64,000 nt of DNA, from positions 3,552,001 through 3,616,000 of the forward strand of contig OY970166.1 of assembly GCA_963706595.1 (NCBI GenBank), in the 5' to 3' direction. Of this stretch, positions 40,501-48,817 are shown piece by piece. The notes below the pieces were generated by a model. The model saw only the letters and a program-made list of their open reading frames with translations, had not been told where the DNA came from and ran no database searches. The first letter of the stretch is position 1; each line of letters starts with the position of its first letter. Source of the DNA: an uncultured cyanobacterium. GTDB taxonomy: Bacteria; Cyanobacteriota; Cyanobacteriia; Cyanobacteriales; Nostocaceae. The translations under genes were made by a program, and so were the position numbers.

Positions 40501-42798
40501 CCCAAAATCTTGATACTGTTTTAAAGTTGTAATTTTCTCAGTTTGCAACTGCATCCCCACAAGTTGCAACTCAATTGGGCGTACCTCCCCAATCTTCCCC
40601 GCTAAATCCTGCACTAATTGGTCAATTAAAGCAGCTTCTAAAGAAGATTGATTTCTAGTTTCCTCTGCAATCACACCTTCTAAACCAACGCTACCACTTA
40701 AAGCAGAGTTCAAAGCCTCTCTCCTCGTAGGAGAGAGGTTTGGAGAGAGGTTTTGTCGAGTCAAAGTTTCAATAACAGTCGTAGCATCTTCCGGTGAAAA
40801 ATTACCCAAATAATAGCGAATATTTTTAGCCAGAATATTATTATTAATTACCCCTAAATCAAACAGCCGTTCTAACTCTAATAAATAATGTAAATAATCT
40901 TCTCGTAAAGACAGAATCACCTTCACAAAAGGAATATCTAAACAAATATGTAGGAACTCATAAAAACTGCGCCTATCACCTTGGTCTGGATAAACAAAGA
41001 AAAACTCTTCAAATTGGTCAAAAATTAACACCGTTAACAGATTGCGGTCAGCATTTTTTCGCAACTCTGCCACAATAGCATCTGGAGAATTGAGAGAACT
41101 AGCATTTAACGACTGAATATTTGATTTCAAACACTGTCCCAACATTTCCACCCAATTTGTGTAAACTCGCAACAAAATAGGTAGAACATCACGTCCCTCA
41201 ATTGGTTTTTGTTGCAATGCAGGTATTAAACCACCTTGTAAAATTGAACTTTTACCCACACCTGACTGACCATGAATTACAGTCAATTTATGCTCAGTCC
41301 CGCTAATTCTTTCCCGCAATCGCTTCACATCTTGACTCCGACCAGAAGCGGCTATTTCTTGAGCTACACTATCTGTATTTTCTATTTGTAACTGTGCCGG
41401 ATTTATAGCTTGTTTCTGGGGATTTAAATAAGATGCACCCACAAAAGCCCGAAATCCATATTGATGTTCAATTTGTAATTGTTCTTGCTTGAGATTAAAA
41501 GCTAAACGATATTCATTTTTGTTAAAGTAGAGTAAACGTAATCTTTCTAAAATCAAGATATATAATTGCGGATCATATTGCGGATTACTTGCAGTTTTGG
41601 CAATTTCTAAATGCTCAATTGCGGCTGTAACTTCACCTAAACCCTGATCAGCACAAGCTAAAATAAATTGATATAAACTAAGTTCATAAGGTGCTAAACT
41701 AGAGATATCATTTAATATTTGCAGTGCATTATTCGCCAATTTCCTCGCATCTTGCCAGCGTGACTCTTGTAGCGCTACCTCTGCCAAAAAGCCATGATCT
41801 TGTGCTAATTGTCGGAGAGTGCCATATTCTTCATGTAGTGGCAGAGCTTTTTCAGCTAGGCTTTGTAAATCTGACCATGCTGTTAAATGTCGCAGCGCTT
41901 CACCCAAATGATTAATATATTTAGCGCTTAAATCTAGACGCTGTATTTCCTCAAAAATTTCTAAAGCATCTTGCAGATAATTTCTCGCAGTTTCCCAAGA
42001 TATTTGATTATCTAAGGGATTAATTACAGCTTGCCGAGAATAGAGTAAACCAATATGAATTAAAACTATACCTTGGCGTTCTTTGAAATCATTTATTGTT
42101 CGCCATCTAGTCAAACTTTGCTGATAATGTACTAAAGCCAAATCAAGTTTATCATAAAGATAATCATGAAATCCCAAGACAAATTCCAGACTAGCGGTAA
42201 TAGCAAAATTTAAAACTTCCCTACGCTGTTTTAAATCCTGATGAGCAGATTTTAATTCCTGGCAAATTTGCAGAGTGGGACGCACATCACCAGTAAATAC
42301 TTCACCAGTTGTTTGGCGTAATAAATTAAATAACTCAGGGGTAGGAGTTTCAAACTCAATAATACTAGCCCAATTTTCCAAATCTGCGGCTAACCGAATC
42401 AACTTTTGCAGAGTTTGGTCATTCACCCACAACAAAATAGGGAAAGGAAATTGTTTACTAAATTGCTCCCGCACTCGGTTAGCCGCAGTCAGAACCGTAT
42501 CAATATCTTTAACTGATTCCAACCCAAAAACCATTAAAGCTGGTGGTTGTTCATCTCCCAGTTGTTCTTTAATAGCCGTGTAAAGAGTTTTCACAGATGC
42601 AGGTAAAGTAATTTCGCGAATTTGTACAGGAGATAATTGGTGCAGTCGTTCAACCATACGCTGACGCAAAACCGCATAATTACAGCGCAATAAAATCAGT
42701 GAAAATTCACCTTCAGATAAGGTAATTGCTCTCACCAAACTTTGCAATGATTGCTGATTATCAACTTCTAAATTTTCCGGTTCATGCTGATTACTCAT
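37516..42798 (-). CDS. NLR-like protein: N-terminal domain, TPR-like helices, STAND (nSTAND1-like) NTPase, TM, coiled coil, 14 WD40 repeats
   Basis: Walker A GQSGVGKSS, Walker B LIFDQFEE, YQLVHDYL motif; 14 repeats of 41 aa (GH...LW). Confidence 0.92.
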   Translation of the reverse strand: MSNQHEPENLEVDNQQSLQSLVRAITLSEGEFSLILLRCNYAVLRQRMVERLHQLSPVQIREITLPASVKTLYTAIKEQLGDEQPPALMVFGLESVKDIDTVLTAANRVREQFSKQFPFPILLWVNDQTLQKLIRLAADLENWASIIEFETPTPELFNLLRQTTGEVFTGDVRPTLQICQELKSAHQDLKQRREVLNFAITASLEFVLGFHDYLYDKLDLALVHYQQSLTRWRTINDFKERQGIVLIHIGLLYSRQAVINPLDNQISWETARNYLQDALEIFEEIQRLDLSAKYINHLGEALRHLTAWSDLQSLAEKALPLHEEYGTLRQLAQDHGFLAEVALQESRWQDARKLANNALQILNDISSLAPYELSLYQFILACADQGLGEVTAAIEHLEIAKTASNPQYDPQLYILILERLRLLYFNKNEYRLAFNLKQEQLQIEHQYGFRAFVGASYLNPQKQAINPAQLQIENTDSVAQEIAASGRSQDVKRLRERISGTEHKLTVIHGQSGVGKSSILQGGLIPALQQKPIEGRDVLPILLRVYTNWVEMLGQCLKSNIQSLNASSLNSPDAIVAELRKNADRNLLTVLIFDQFEEFFFVYPDQGDRRSFYEFLHICLDIPFVKVILSLREDYLHYLLELERLFDLGVINNNILAKNIRYYLGNFSPEDATTVIETLTRQNLSPNLSPTRREALNSALSGSVGLEGVIAEETRNQSSLEAALIDQLVQDLAGKIGEVRPIELQLVGMQLQTEKITTLKQYQDFGTKENLVEGFLESVIKDCGAENERAARLILYLLTDENGTRPLKTRAELTAKLAAETDRLDLILDIFVQSGLVLLLPESPADRYQLVHDYLVSFVRQQQDNELLAKLALAEEQLKQEQEAKKILAAANQEAEAKIREGQKRFKISSRLSVFLLIVSGMASVYAVIQVGTASKANENQQQAERKLTKTEGDYRRTTQNLQETERKQAELQRTARDLEIKSKDAEAKFKDAQKENIKATQNLAAAKTDLEKVNQQAAALEKKNAEAEARIKTATERVRTADEKAQQAQQQQQQAESQVAQAEITLKQAQEAQQTAKQAAQLAQAAQQEAQKGTELERAGVNAIRQFEFTPLEGLVTAVKTGKELKTLVKDNRPLDEYPAISPIYALHTILSDIKERNQFHGHQGRVFSVSFSPDGKTIATASSDGTARLWTLNGQLLQEFKGHQGIVRSVSFSPDGKTIATASSDGTARLWTLDGQMLQEFKGHQGIVRSVSFSPDGKTIATASDDRTARLWTLDGQLLQELKGHQGEIISVSFSPDGKTIATASSDGTARLWTLDGQLLQELKGHQGEIISVSFSPDGKTIATASSDRTARLWTLNGQLLQEFKGHQGEINSVSFSPDGKTIATASSDRTARLWTLNGQLLQEFKGHQGEINSVSFSPDGKTIATASSDRTARLWTLNGQLLQEFKGHQGEINSVSFSPDGKTIATASFDQTARLWTLDGQLLQEFKGHQGWVWSVSFSPDGKTIATASSDQTARLWTLDGQLLQEFKGHQGWVWSVSFSPDGKTIATASSDQTARLWTLDGQLLQEFKGHQGEIISVSFSPDGKTIATASSDQTAWLWTLDGQLLQEFKGHQGWVWSVSFSPDGKTIATASSDRTARLWTLDGQLLQEFKGHQGIVYSVSFSPDGKTIATASSDRTARLWTLNGQLLQEFKGHQGEINSVSFSPDGKTIATASDDRTARLWPVESLDELLVRGCAWLDDYLQHNSNLSEDERGICQ
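37620..39320 (-). repeat. 14 near-identical 123-bp WD40-coding tandem repeats
   Basis: GGATGCGGTGGCGATGGTTTTGCCGTCCGGGCTGAAACTCACACT recurs every 123 bp. Confidence 0.95.
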
Positions 42799-42872
42799 AT
42801 AGCAATCCTATTTGAATGGTATTAGATCCCCGACTTCTTTGAGAAGTCGGGGATCTGGGTCACGCGACTACT

Positions 42873-44174
42873 CTAACTCTCCTCGTTTGCTGCCAAAATC
42901 GGATTGATATCAAACCAGGAACCTTCCTCATTACGATATTCAAATACAAACATACTGCGGAGCAAAAGTTCGTATTTCTCATCACCTCTAAAGCTTTTGC
43001 GTTCAGTCACCTCACTGAGTAATTCCCACTCATCTTCAGTAATAGCCAAACTTAGCTCATTACACCTTTGTTTTATCACTTTTTCCACGCACTCACGGGA
43101 CAAAGGTGGGTCTTCTCTCTGCACACAGCGAAATAATAACATCAACAAGTTACGCAGATGACCACCGCTAACTCGGCACAGTCGCTCTAAACTATCAGCC
43201 TCCTCAAATACCTCTGTAATTAAATGCTGGCTTTGTTCCCAACTCACTTCAGGAAATGCTCTAGCCATGACCATCTGTTGCAGTAGTGTAATTCCTGGGA
43301 GAAAATCACCCCCATGACGGAACTTAACCGGAACCATTGGCAAAACTTTCGGGTCTACCCCAAACCGATTTGTTAACCTTCCTAAAGCGTTGGAAAAAAT
43401 TAATACTAGGGGAATTGTGTAGACAACATGACAATTTAACTGGTTTAGCTGTTCGCCACGTTCCACAAACAGATATTCTGGCTGGTAATAGGAACCCCCT
43501 GGTTTCATAGAATTATCTATGCGGTCAAGGTTATCAACTATCACCACCAGTCCTTCTTTACCTTGCTGCTTCAGTCGTTCTATGGCAGGTTTGAGCAATT
43601 CTTGGTTAATTGATTCTAAAATGCCGTTAGTGCGCGGTTCTAAATATTGCCGTAATTGCGATCGCAGTTTTGGACTATCTTTAGTTTTAGCTGTAATCTT
43701 GCCAATACCCACAGATAACTCGGCTTCTACGCCAATATCTAACGGTGTTTGTAAAAAATCGACAATTTCCTTAAATAAAGTTTGAAAATATCCCGGTTTG
43801 AGGTTAATTGTAATTGCTTCCAGACTTAGACTGACTTCTCTAGCTATAGCCAATAAAATATCTGTAATATCCACATCTGCCATATCCAGGCTATGGCTAG
43901 ATTCAAAGTAAACTACATGAAACCCCTGCTTTTCTAATTCTTTTTTCAGTCGCAGCAGTTCAGTAGACTTACCACAACCAATATGTCCTGTAAATAATTG
44001 ACAGGTAGGTTCATCAGGAGAGAGACGGGTAATAGTCCGCCCTAGTTCTTCAATAATCTTGGCACCACGTACTTCAGAAAAATCAATATAATACTGTAGG
44101 TCTTCAGGTTTGCTGACTACCAGTGTTTTGGCAGGGTTGCACGCCTTAAAAAATTTACTTACATTCAGTTTCAT
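42873..44174 (-). CDS. P-loop ATPase upstream of and co-oriented with the STAND-WD40 gene
   Basis: Walker A GHIGCGKST, Walker B VVIVDNLDR, SGGHLR motif. Confidence 0.88.
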   Translation of the reverse strand: MKLNVSKFFKACNPAKTLVVSKPEDLQYYIDFSEVRGAKIIEELGRTITRLSPDEPTCQLFTGHIGCGKSTELLRLKKELEKQGFHVVYFESSHSLDMADVDITDILLAIAREVSLSLEAITINLKPGYFQTLFKEIVDFLQTPLDIGVEAELSVGIGKITAKTKDSPKLRSQLRQYLEPRTNGILESINQELLKPAIERLKQQGKEGLVVIVDNLDRIDNSMKPGGSYYQPEYLFVERGEQLNQLNCHVVYTIPLVLIFSNALGRLTNRFGVDPKVLPMVPVKFRHGGDFLPGITLLQQMVMARAFPEVSWEQSQHLITEVFEEADSLERLCRVSGGHLRNLLMLLFRCVQREDPPLSRECVEKVIKQRCNELSLAITEDEWELLSEVTERKSFRGDEKYELLLRSMFVFEYRNEEGSWFDINPILAANEES

Positions 44175-44252
44175 GACAATTTAGCCGAAATCAGCCTAAT
44201 ACTACTGCCTTTTACGTGATTATATAATTGCTCATGCGCTATTTCGGAATTT

Positions 44253-45122
44253 ATGACCAAACCCGCAGATGTTAGCACCAAAAAGTTAATTAGCCTCGCA
44301 CCCGACAACTGGGTAAAATGGGTGACACAAATTCCTGATGTCACAGCAACCGAAATACTAAATTCAGAATTTCAATGGATAAGTAGAGAAAGTGATGTTT
44401 TAATTCGCGTTGCCAGTCCTCAAGTTGGAGAATTTCTCGTTCTCAATGAATTACAATTACGCTATCAGCCACAAATGCCTCGTCGAATGCGTGCTTATGT
44501 CGGACTTGCAGAAGAAAAATATAATTTACCGATCTACCCCGTATTAATTAATATTCTCAAAGTCAGTAACGCGCAAATACCATCAACGTACACATCAAAT
44601 ATTGCAGGGTTGCAAGCACGCCAAGATTACCGCGTGATTAATTTATGGGAAGTAGATGTAAATATTGCTTTTCAACAACCATTACCGTCATTACTGCCAT
44701 TTGTTCCTATACTCAAAGGCGGTGAAAACGAATCTACAATTAGAGAAGCATTACAAGTTTTGCGTGCAGATGAGCAATTAAACCAACTGGAAACAGTGTT
44801 AGCTTTTTTTGCAACCTTTGTACTAGACAGCGCCTTAGTTCAAGAAATCATGAGGTGGGATATGGCTGTATTACACGAATCGCCTTGGTATCAAGAAATT
44901 TTACGCGAGGGTGAAAAACGCGGCGAGAAACGGGGTGAAGAACGCGGCGAGGGACGTGGATTGAAAAATGGTATTGAGTTAGCGTTAGAGATTAAATTTG
45001 GCACTCCTGGCTTGGAATTAATGCCAATTATCTCGCAAATCCATGATTTACAACAATTAAAGGCAGTTCAACAGGCGATCAAAACGTCAAATACAGTTGA
45101 GGAATTAAAACAAGTTTTTTGA
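44253..45122 (+). CDS. Rpn-family PD-(D/E)XK nuclease-like protein
   Basis: SDVL...NELQ...MPRRMRAY; ESPWYQEI followed by GEKRG repeats. Confidence 0.88.
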   Translation: MTKPADVSTKKLISLAPDNWVKWVTQIPDVTATEILNSEFQWISRESDVLIRVASPQVGEFLVLNELQLRYQPQMPRRMRAYVGLAEEKYNLPIYPVLINILKVSNAQIPSTYTSNIAGLQARQDYRVINLWEVDVNIAFQQPLPSLLPFVPILKGGENESTIREALQVLRADEQLNQLETVLAFFATFVLDSALVQEIMRWDMAVLHESPWYQEILREGEKRGEKRGEERGEGRGLKNGIELALEIKFGTPGLELMPIISQIHDLQQLKAVQQAIKTSNTVEELKQVF

Positions 45123-45258
45123 TCAAAAATGTTAAGGCTGGGCAAAGATGCCCAGCCCACAATATGGATAATTTATTTCTGGGAAATCTCTAATACAGTA
45201 AGGAATGCGGATTTAATAAAATACATAACCTCACCCCCAACCCCTCTCCTTACTAAGG

Positions 45259-46851
45259 CTATCCATTACCCACATCTTTCTTAACATGACTGTAAGCTAG
45301 ACTGTGTAGGGATGATAGAAGTTTCTAAGTCAGCGCGATCGCCTGTGGAGAGGGTTTGCCGATGTTTAAGCAGAAACATCAAGTGGAGAAGCGGGATGGA
45401 GAAGTTTCCAGGTAGCGGCGATATCGTGTAATCGCCGTAGACCCCGCCAAATAGTTTTAACTCCCGGCTCACCATCTCCATTGCGAGCCAGAAAGCCGCC
45501 GAGAGTGGCAATCATTCGCACGGCTTCTCGTAAAGACGGAGGTTTTTTTGGTGGTATGGGATTCTTGTTGACAGTGGCACATAAAGATTGCCATTCATCA
45601 GTTTCTAAAACGGTATTAGAGGGTAAATCAGGGTGAACTCGTGAGGAGTAAGTTAGCCATAACAAACGCCAAGCGACAACAGTATAAGTGGCTAGTGCCA
45701 TATTGATGCGGTCAGCAGTGGACAATTGTAATTGCTCAATTCTACACCCACTTTTTAAAGTGTAATGATAGCGTTCTATCAACCAACGATAAGTGTACCA
45801 TTGCACACAACGTGCGGCATCCTGTAAGTTATGAATCTCAAGGCTGGTGAGCAATAACCAACTAATAGGATTGATTCCGGGTGGTGAATGATCTTCTGAT
45901 GCCAGAATTACTTGTAACTTTACAGGTTTTAGCTGTGAACGCCCGATATGATGTGATGGGACTTGGATATCAACACTAGTGAATCGAATTGTGAGTATCG
46001 CTTTTCTAGCACTATGTTCTGGACTACGTTTGACCTCTGCTGTCAGTGTTCCATGGGGTTCAATTTGGCGGATTGCTTGATGTAAATACTTGGCACAGTG
46101 GTCAACTTTGCGGTTGTGAGTCCCACGGATTAACAAATGGGAATTTTCTGAACGTTTGAGATTAAATAGGTCAAATATATCTGCTTCTGAGTCCCCTATT
46201 GTCACTACTTGAATCTCTGATGGGACAGAATTTTGTGTCACATCTAATCCATCTAACCAGCGCTGACTTTCTTTTAAAAGTGTTTCCCTTTGACGACGTT
46301 TTTTCGCTATGCCCAAATTTTCGGGTGGTCTAGCCCATACCTGCTGTTCCAGAATTCCTAACGGCACTCCATTACTTGTAGCTGCAAATGTTGAATGTAC
46401 TTTCAATCCTGATGATTGACGATGGTCAAGATAACCCACTCCTTTCGTTTTGGGGTGGTCTGTTAAATCTATGTTGGTTGTGTCTTGAATCGCTAAGACT
46501 ATTTGATGTTCTTTGATTCTTTCGATTGTGCTGTCTATATGCCCTTGACGAATTTCACTGGCGGGAAAATATGGTGATTTCCAAAAGTTATATACTGCTT
46601 TGGTTGCTGCCATATTTCCACTTGCTTGTGGTACGCTACAATCTGGCTGTGCGGCTAAGTCCTCTACTATCTTGATTAACCGCTTGTTTCGACGAACGTC
46701 TCCTAGGTCTACCCCAGACAGTTCCTTGGCTGCCCACTTTTCCATGATTCCATTACCCGATTCTGTTCTCTCCACACTATACTTAGCAAGCTTTTTCCGC
46801 TTATGTTAAGTATCTTGTTTGATTGTTAAGAAAGATGCGGGTAATGGATAG
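45259..46851 (-). mobile_element. IS4-family (IS50/Tn5-like) insertion sequence
   Basis: 28-bp TIRs CTATCCATTACCC(A/G)CATCTTTCTTAACA; 9-bp TSD TTACTAAGG (45250-45258 and 46852-46860). Confidence 0.95.
45366..46775 (-). CDS. IS50/Tn5-like DDE transposase
   Basis: LGDVRRNKRL, IQDTT, GDSEAD, YTYRWLIERYH..LK (YREK) and LGGFL..PG motifs. Confidence 0.95.
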   Translation of the reverse strand: MERTESGNGIMEKWAAKELSGVDLGDVRRNKRLIKIVEDLAAQPDCSVPQASGNMAATKAVYNFWKSPYFPASEIRQGHIDSTIERIKEHQIVLAIQDTTNIDLTDHPKTKGVGYLDHRQSSGLKVHSTFAATSNGVPLGILEQQVWARPPENLGIAKKRRQRETLLKESQRWLDGLDVTQNSVPSEIQVVTIGDSEADIFDLFNLKRSENSHLLIRGTHNRKVDHCAKYLHQAIRQIEPHGTLTAEVKRSPEHSARKAILTIRFTSVDIQVPSHHIGRSQLKPVKLQVILASEDHSPPGINPISWLLLTSLEIHNLQDAARCVQWYTYRWLIERYHYTLKSGCRIEQLQLSTADRINMALATYTVVAWRLLWLTYSSRVHPDLPSNTVLETDEWQSLCATVNKNPIPPKKPPSLREAVRMIATLGGFLARNGDGEPGVKTIWRGLRRLHDIAATWKLLHPASPLDVSA

Positions 46852-46976
46852 TTACTAAGGAGAGGGGAGACTTTGACGCACGTTAAAGGCGGGGTGAGGT
46901 CAAAAACTAGAATTTGGATGTTATTTAATTCATATTCCTAACTACCATTCAAAGCCTTTTGATTTTCGCCTTGCGC

Positions 46977-48068
46977 TTAAAATCCCATTGCTTTGGCTAC
47001 TGCACCCAATTCAGCATCAATGCCTTGTTTAAATTGGCTATGACTGTGCTTAATCGCGGTATCTGGGTCTTTTAAACCATTTCCTGTGAGGACACAAACC
47101 ACTGTCGCACCTGTGGGAACTTGGTCTTTAACCTGCAATAAACCGGCTACAGAGGCAGCACTGGCGGGTTCACAGAAAATACCTTCTGATGATGCCAAAA
47201 GTCTATAAGCATCTAGTATTTCTTCGTCTGTAACGGCTTTGAAGCAGCCTTGACTGGCAGATTGGGCGGCGATCGCTTTATCCCAACTCGCAGGGTTGCC
47301 AATGCGGATAGCGGTGGCGATGGTTTCAGGATGGGAAACTGGCTGTCCATTCACTAGAGGGGCTGCACCTGCGGCTTGGAATCCCATCATTCTGGGCAAG
47401 CGATCGCACTTTCCAGCTTGATGATATTGACAAAACCCCATCCAATATGCTGTGATGTTTCCCGCATTACCCACTGGGATACACAACCAATCTGGCGCAT
47501 TACCCAAAGCATCAACAACTTCAAATGCTCCGGTTTTTTGCCCTTCCAAACGGTAGGGATTTACAGAATTAACTAAAGTTATAGGATAGCTTTCTGCCAT
47601 TTCGCGGACAATTTCCAGCGCCCGGTCAAAGTTGCCTTTAATTGCTAAAACTTCCGCACCATATAACAAAGCCTGTGCTAACTTACCCAGCGCCACATAG
47701 CCATCGGGTATGAGTACAAAAGGTTTCATCCCGCCACGTTTAGCATAAGCTGCGGCGGCGGCTGAGGTGTTGCCTGTACTGGCACAAATTACCGCTTTCG
47801 CCCCAGCTTCCTTCGCCTTGGAAATTGCCATAGTCATTCCCCGGTCTTTGAAGCTACCAGTGGGATTCAGACCATCGTATTTCACATACACTTTGACTTG
47901 TCTGCCAATACGTTCTGCGATCGCCAGCACCGGAATCAAGGGCGTATTACCCTCTAATAAGGTCACAACGGGCGTGGTTTCGCTTACAGGCAAGTACTCA
48001 CGGTAGGCTTCTATCAGTCCGGGCCAGGGTTGGCGATAAGATTTAGCAACAGACAAACTCACAGTCAC
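46977..48068 (-). CDS. thrC: Threonine synthase
   Basis: [17 protein letters not shown] and LTGNGLKD motifs. Confidence 0.97.
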   Translation of the reverse strand: MTVSLSVAKSYRQPWPGLIEAYREYLPVSETTPVVTLLEGNTPLIPVLAIAERIGRQVKVYVKYDGLNPTGSFKDRGMTMAISKAKEAGAKAVICASTGNTSAAAAAYAKRGGMKPFVLIPDGYVALGKLAQALLYGAEVLAIKGNFDRALEIVREMAESYPITLVNSVNPYRLEGQKTGAFEVVDALGNAPDWLCIPVGNAGNITAYWMGFCQYHQAGKCDRLPRMMGFQAAGAAPLVNGQPVSHPETIATAIRIGNPASWDKAIAAQSASQGCFKAVTDEEILDAYRLLASSEGIFCEPASAASVAGLLQVKDQVPTGATVVCVLTGNGLKDPDTAIKHSHSQFKQGIDAELGAVAKAMGF

Positions 48069-48518
48069 AGGCTTTAAAAGTTTTTAACTAAGGATTGGGA
48101 TGAAGGAGCGCTGCATTGGCCAGGGAAAAAACTTAATTTCTCCTTTTTAGGTCTATTTCCTAGATTTTCCATTCTAGAAGAATATGATCTATCTTTAAGG
48201 CCAACGTCTCACGGATAATTTTTATTTTATGTGGAATGCCAACTTATGGTCACTATCAACAGGAGTCGATAGTCGAAGAGATAATAATATCATTTTTCGG
48301 TAAATTCACCGCCGCTAACAACCTGATCCTAGCTTGAGAGGAAGTCTGTGATAAATTTCTGTATGGAACATAGCCCACAGAATTACCGTCACTTATGGAT
48401 ACACCAGTAACCTATAAGGTTATATGATGTAAACTATACAAGTATTTAACAAACCTTAAACTTATATTATTATGGTGTTTACCAATGGTGTGAGTTGAGT
48501 TGTGGATTTTAGTTAACA

Positions 48519-48707
48519 ATGCCTACCTATTCATCTAGTGTTTCTGAACGCCCCTCCCAGACCCTCTGGGTTAGCGATGTCACAAAGTCTTATTATCAAG
48601 ATGACCAAGAAGCGAAACTTAAGCACCTGCAAGCAGAGGTAGATTCTCTATTGCAGCAATTGCAAAACCTTAAAGAACAAAGGCAATCGGATCATCACCC
48701 AGAATAA
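48519..48707 (+). CDS. Small hypothetical coiled-coil protein
   Basis: 62-aa ORF with HLQAEVDSLLQQLQ. Confidence 0.6.
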   Translation: MPTYSSSVSERPSQTLWVSDVTKSYYQDDQEAKLKHLQAEVDSLLQQLQNLKEQRQSDHHPE

Positions 48708-48817
48708 TCAAATCATTGACAGCGATCGCTAATCAGTGAACAGTGAACAGTAAACAGTTATCACCCCGATTGAGTCAGGGACACCAAACCAAATTATGTT
48801 TCTTAACTGAGAACTGA

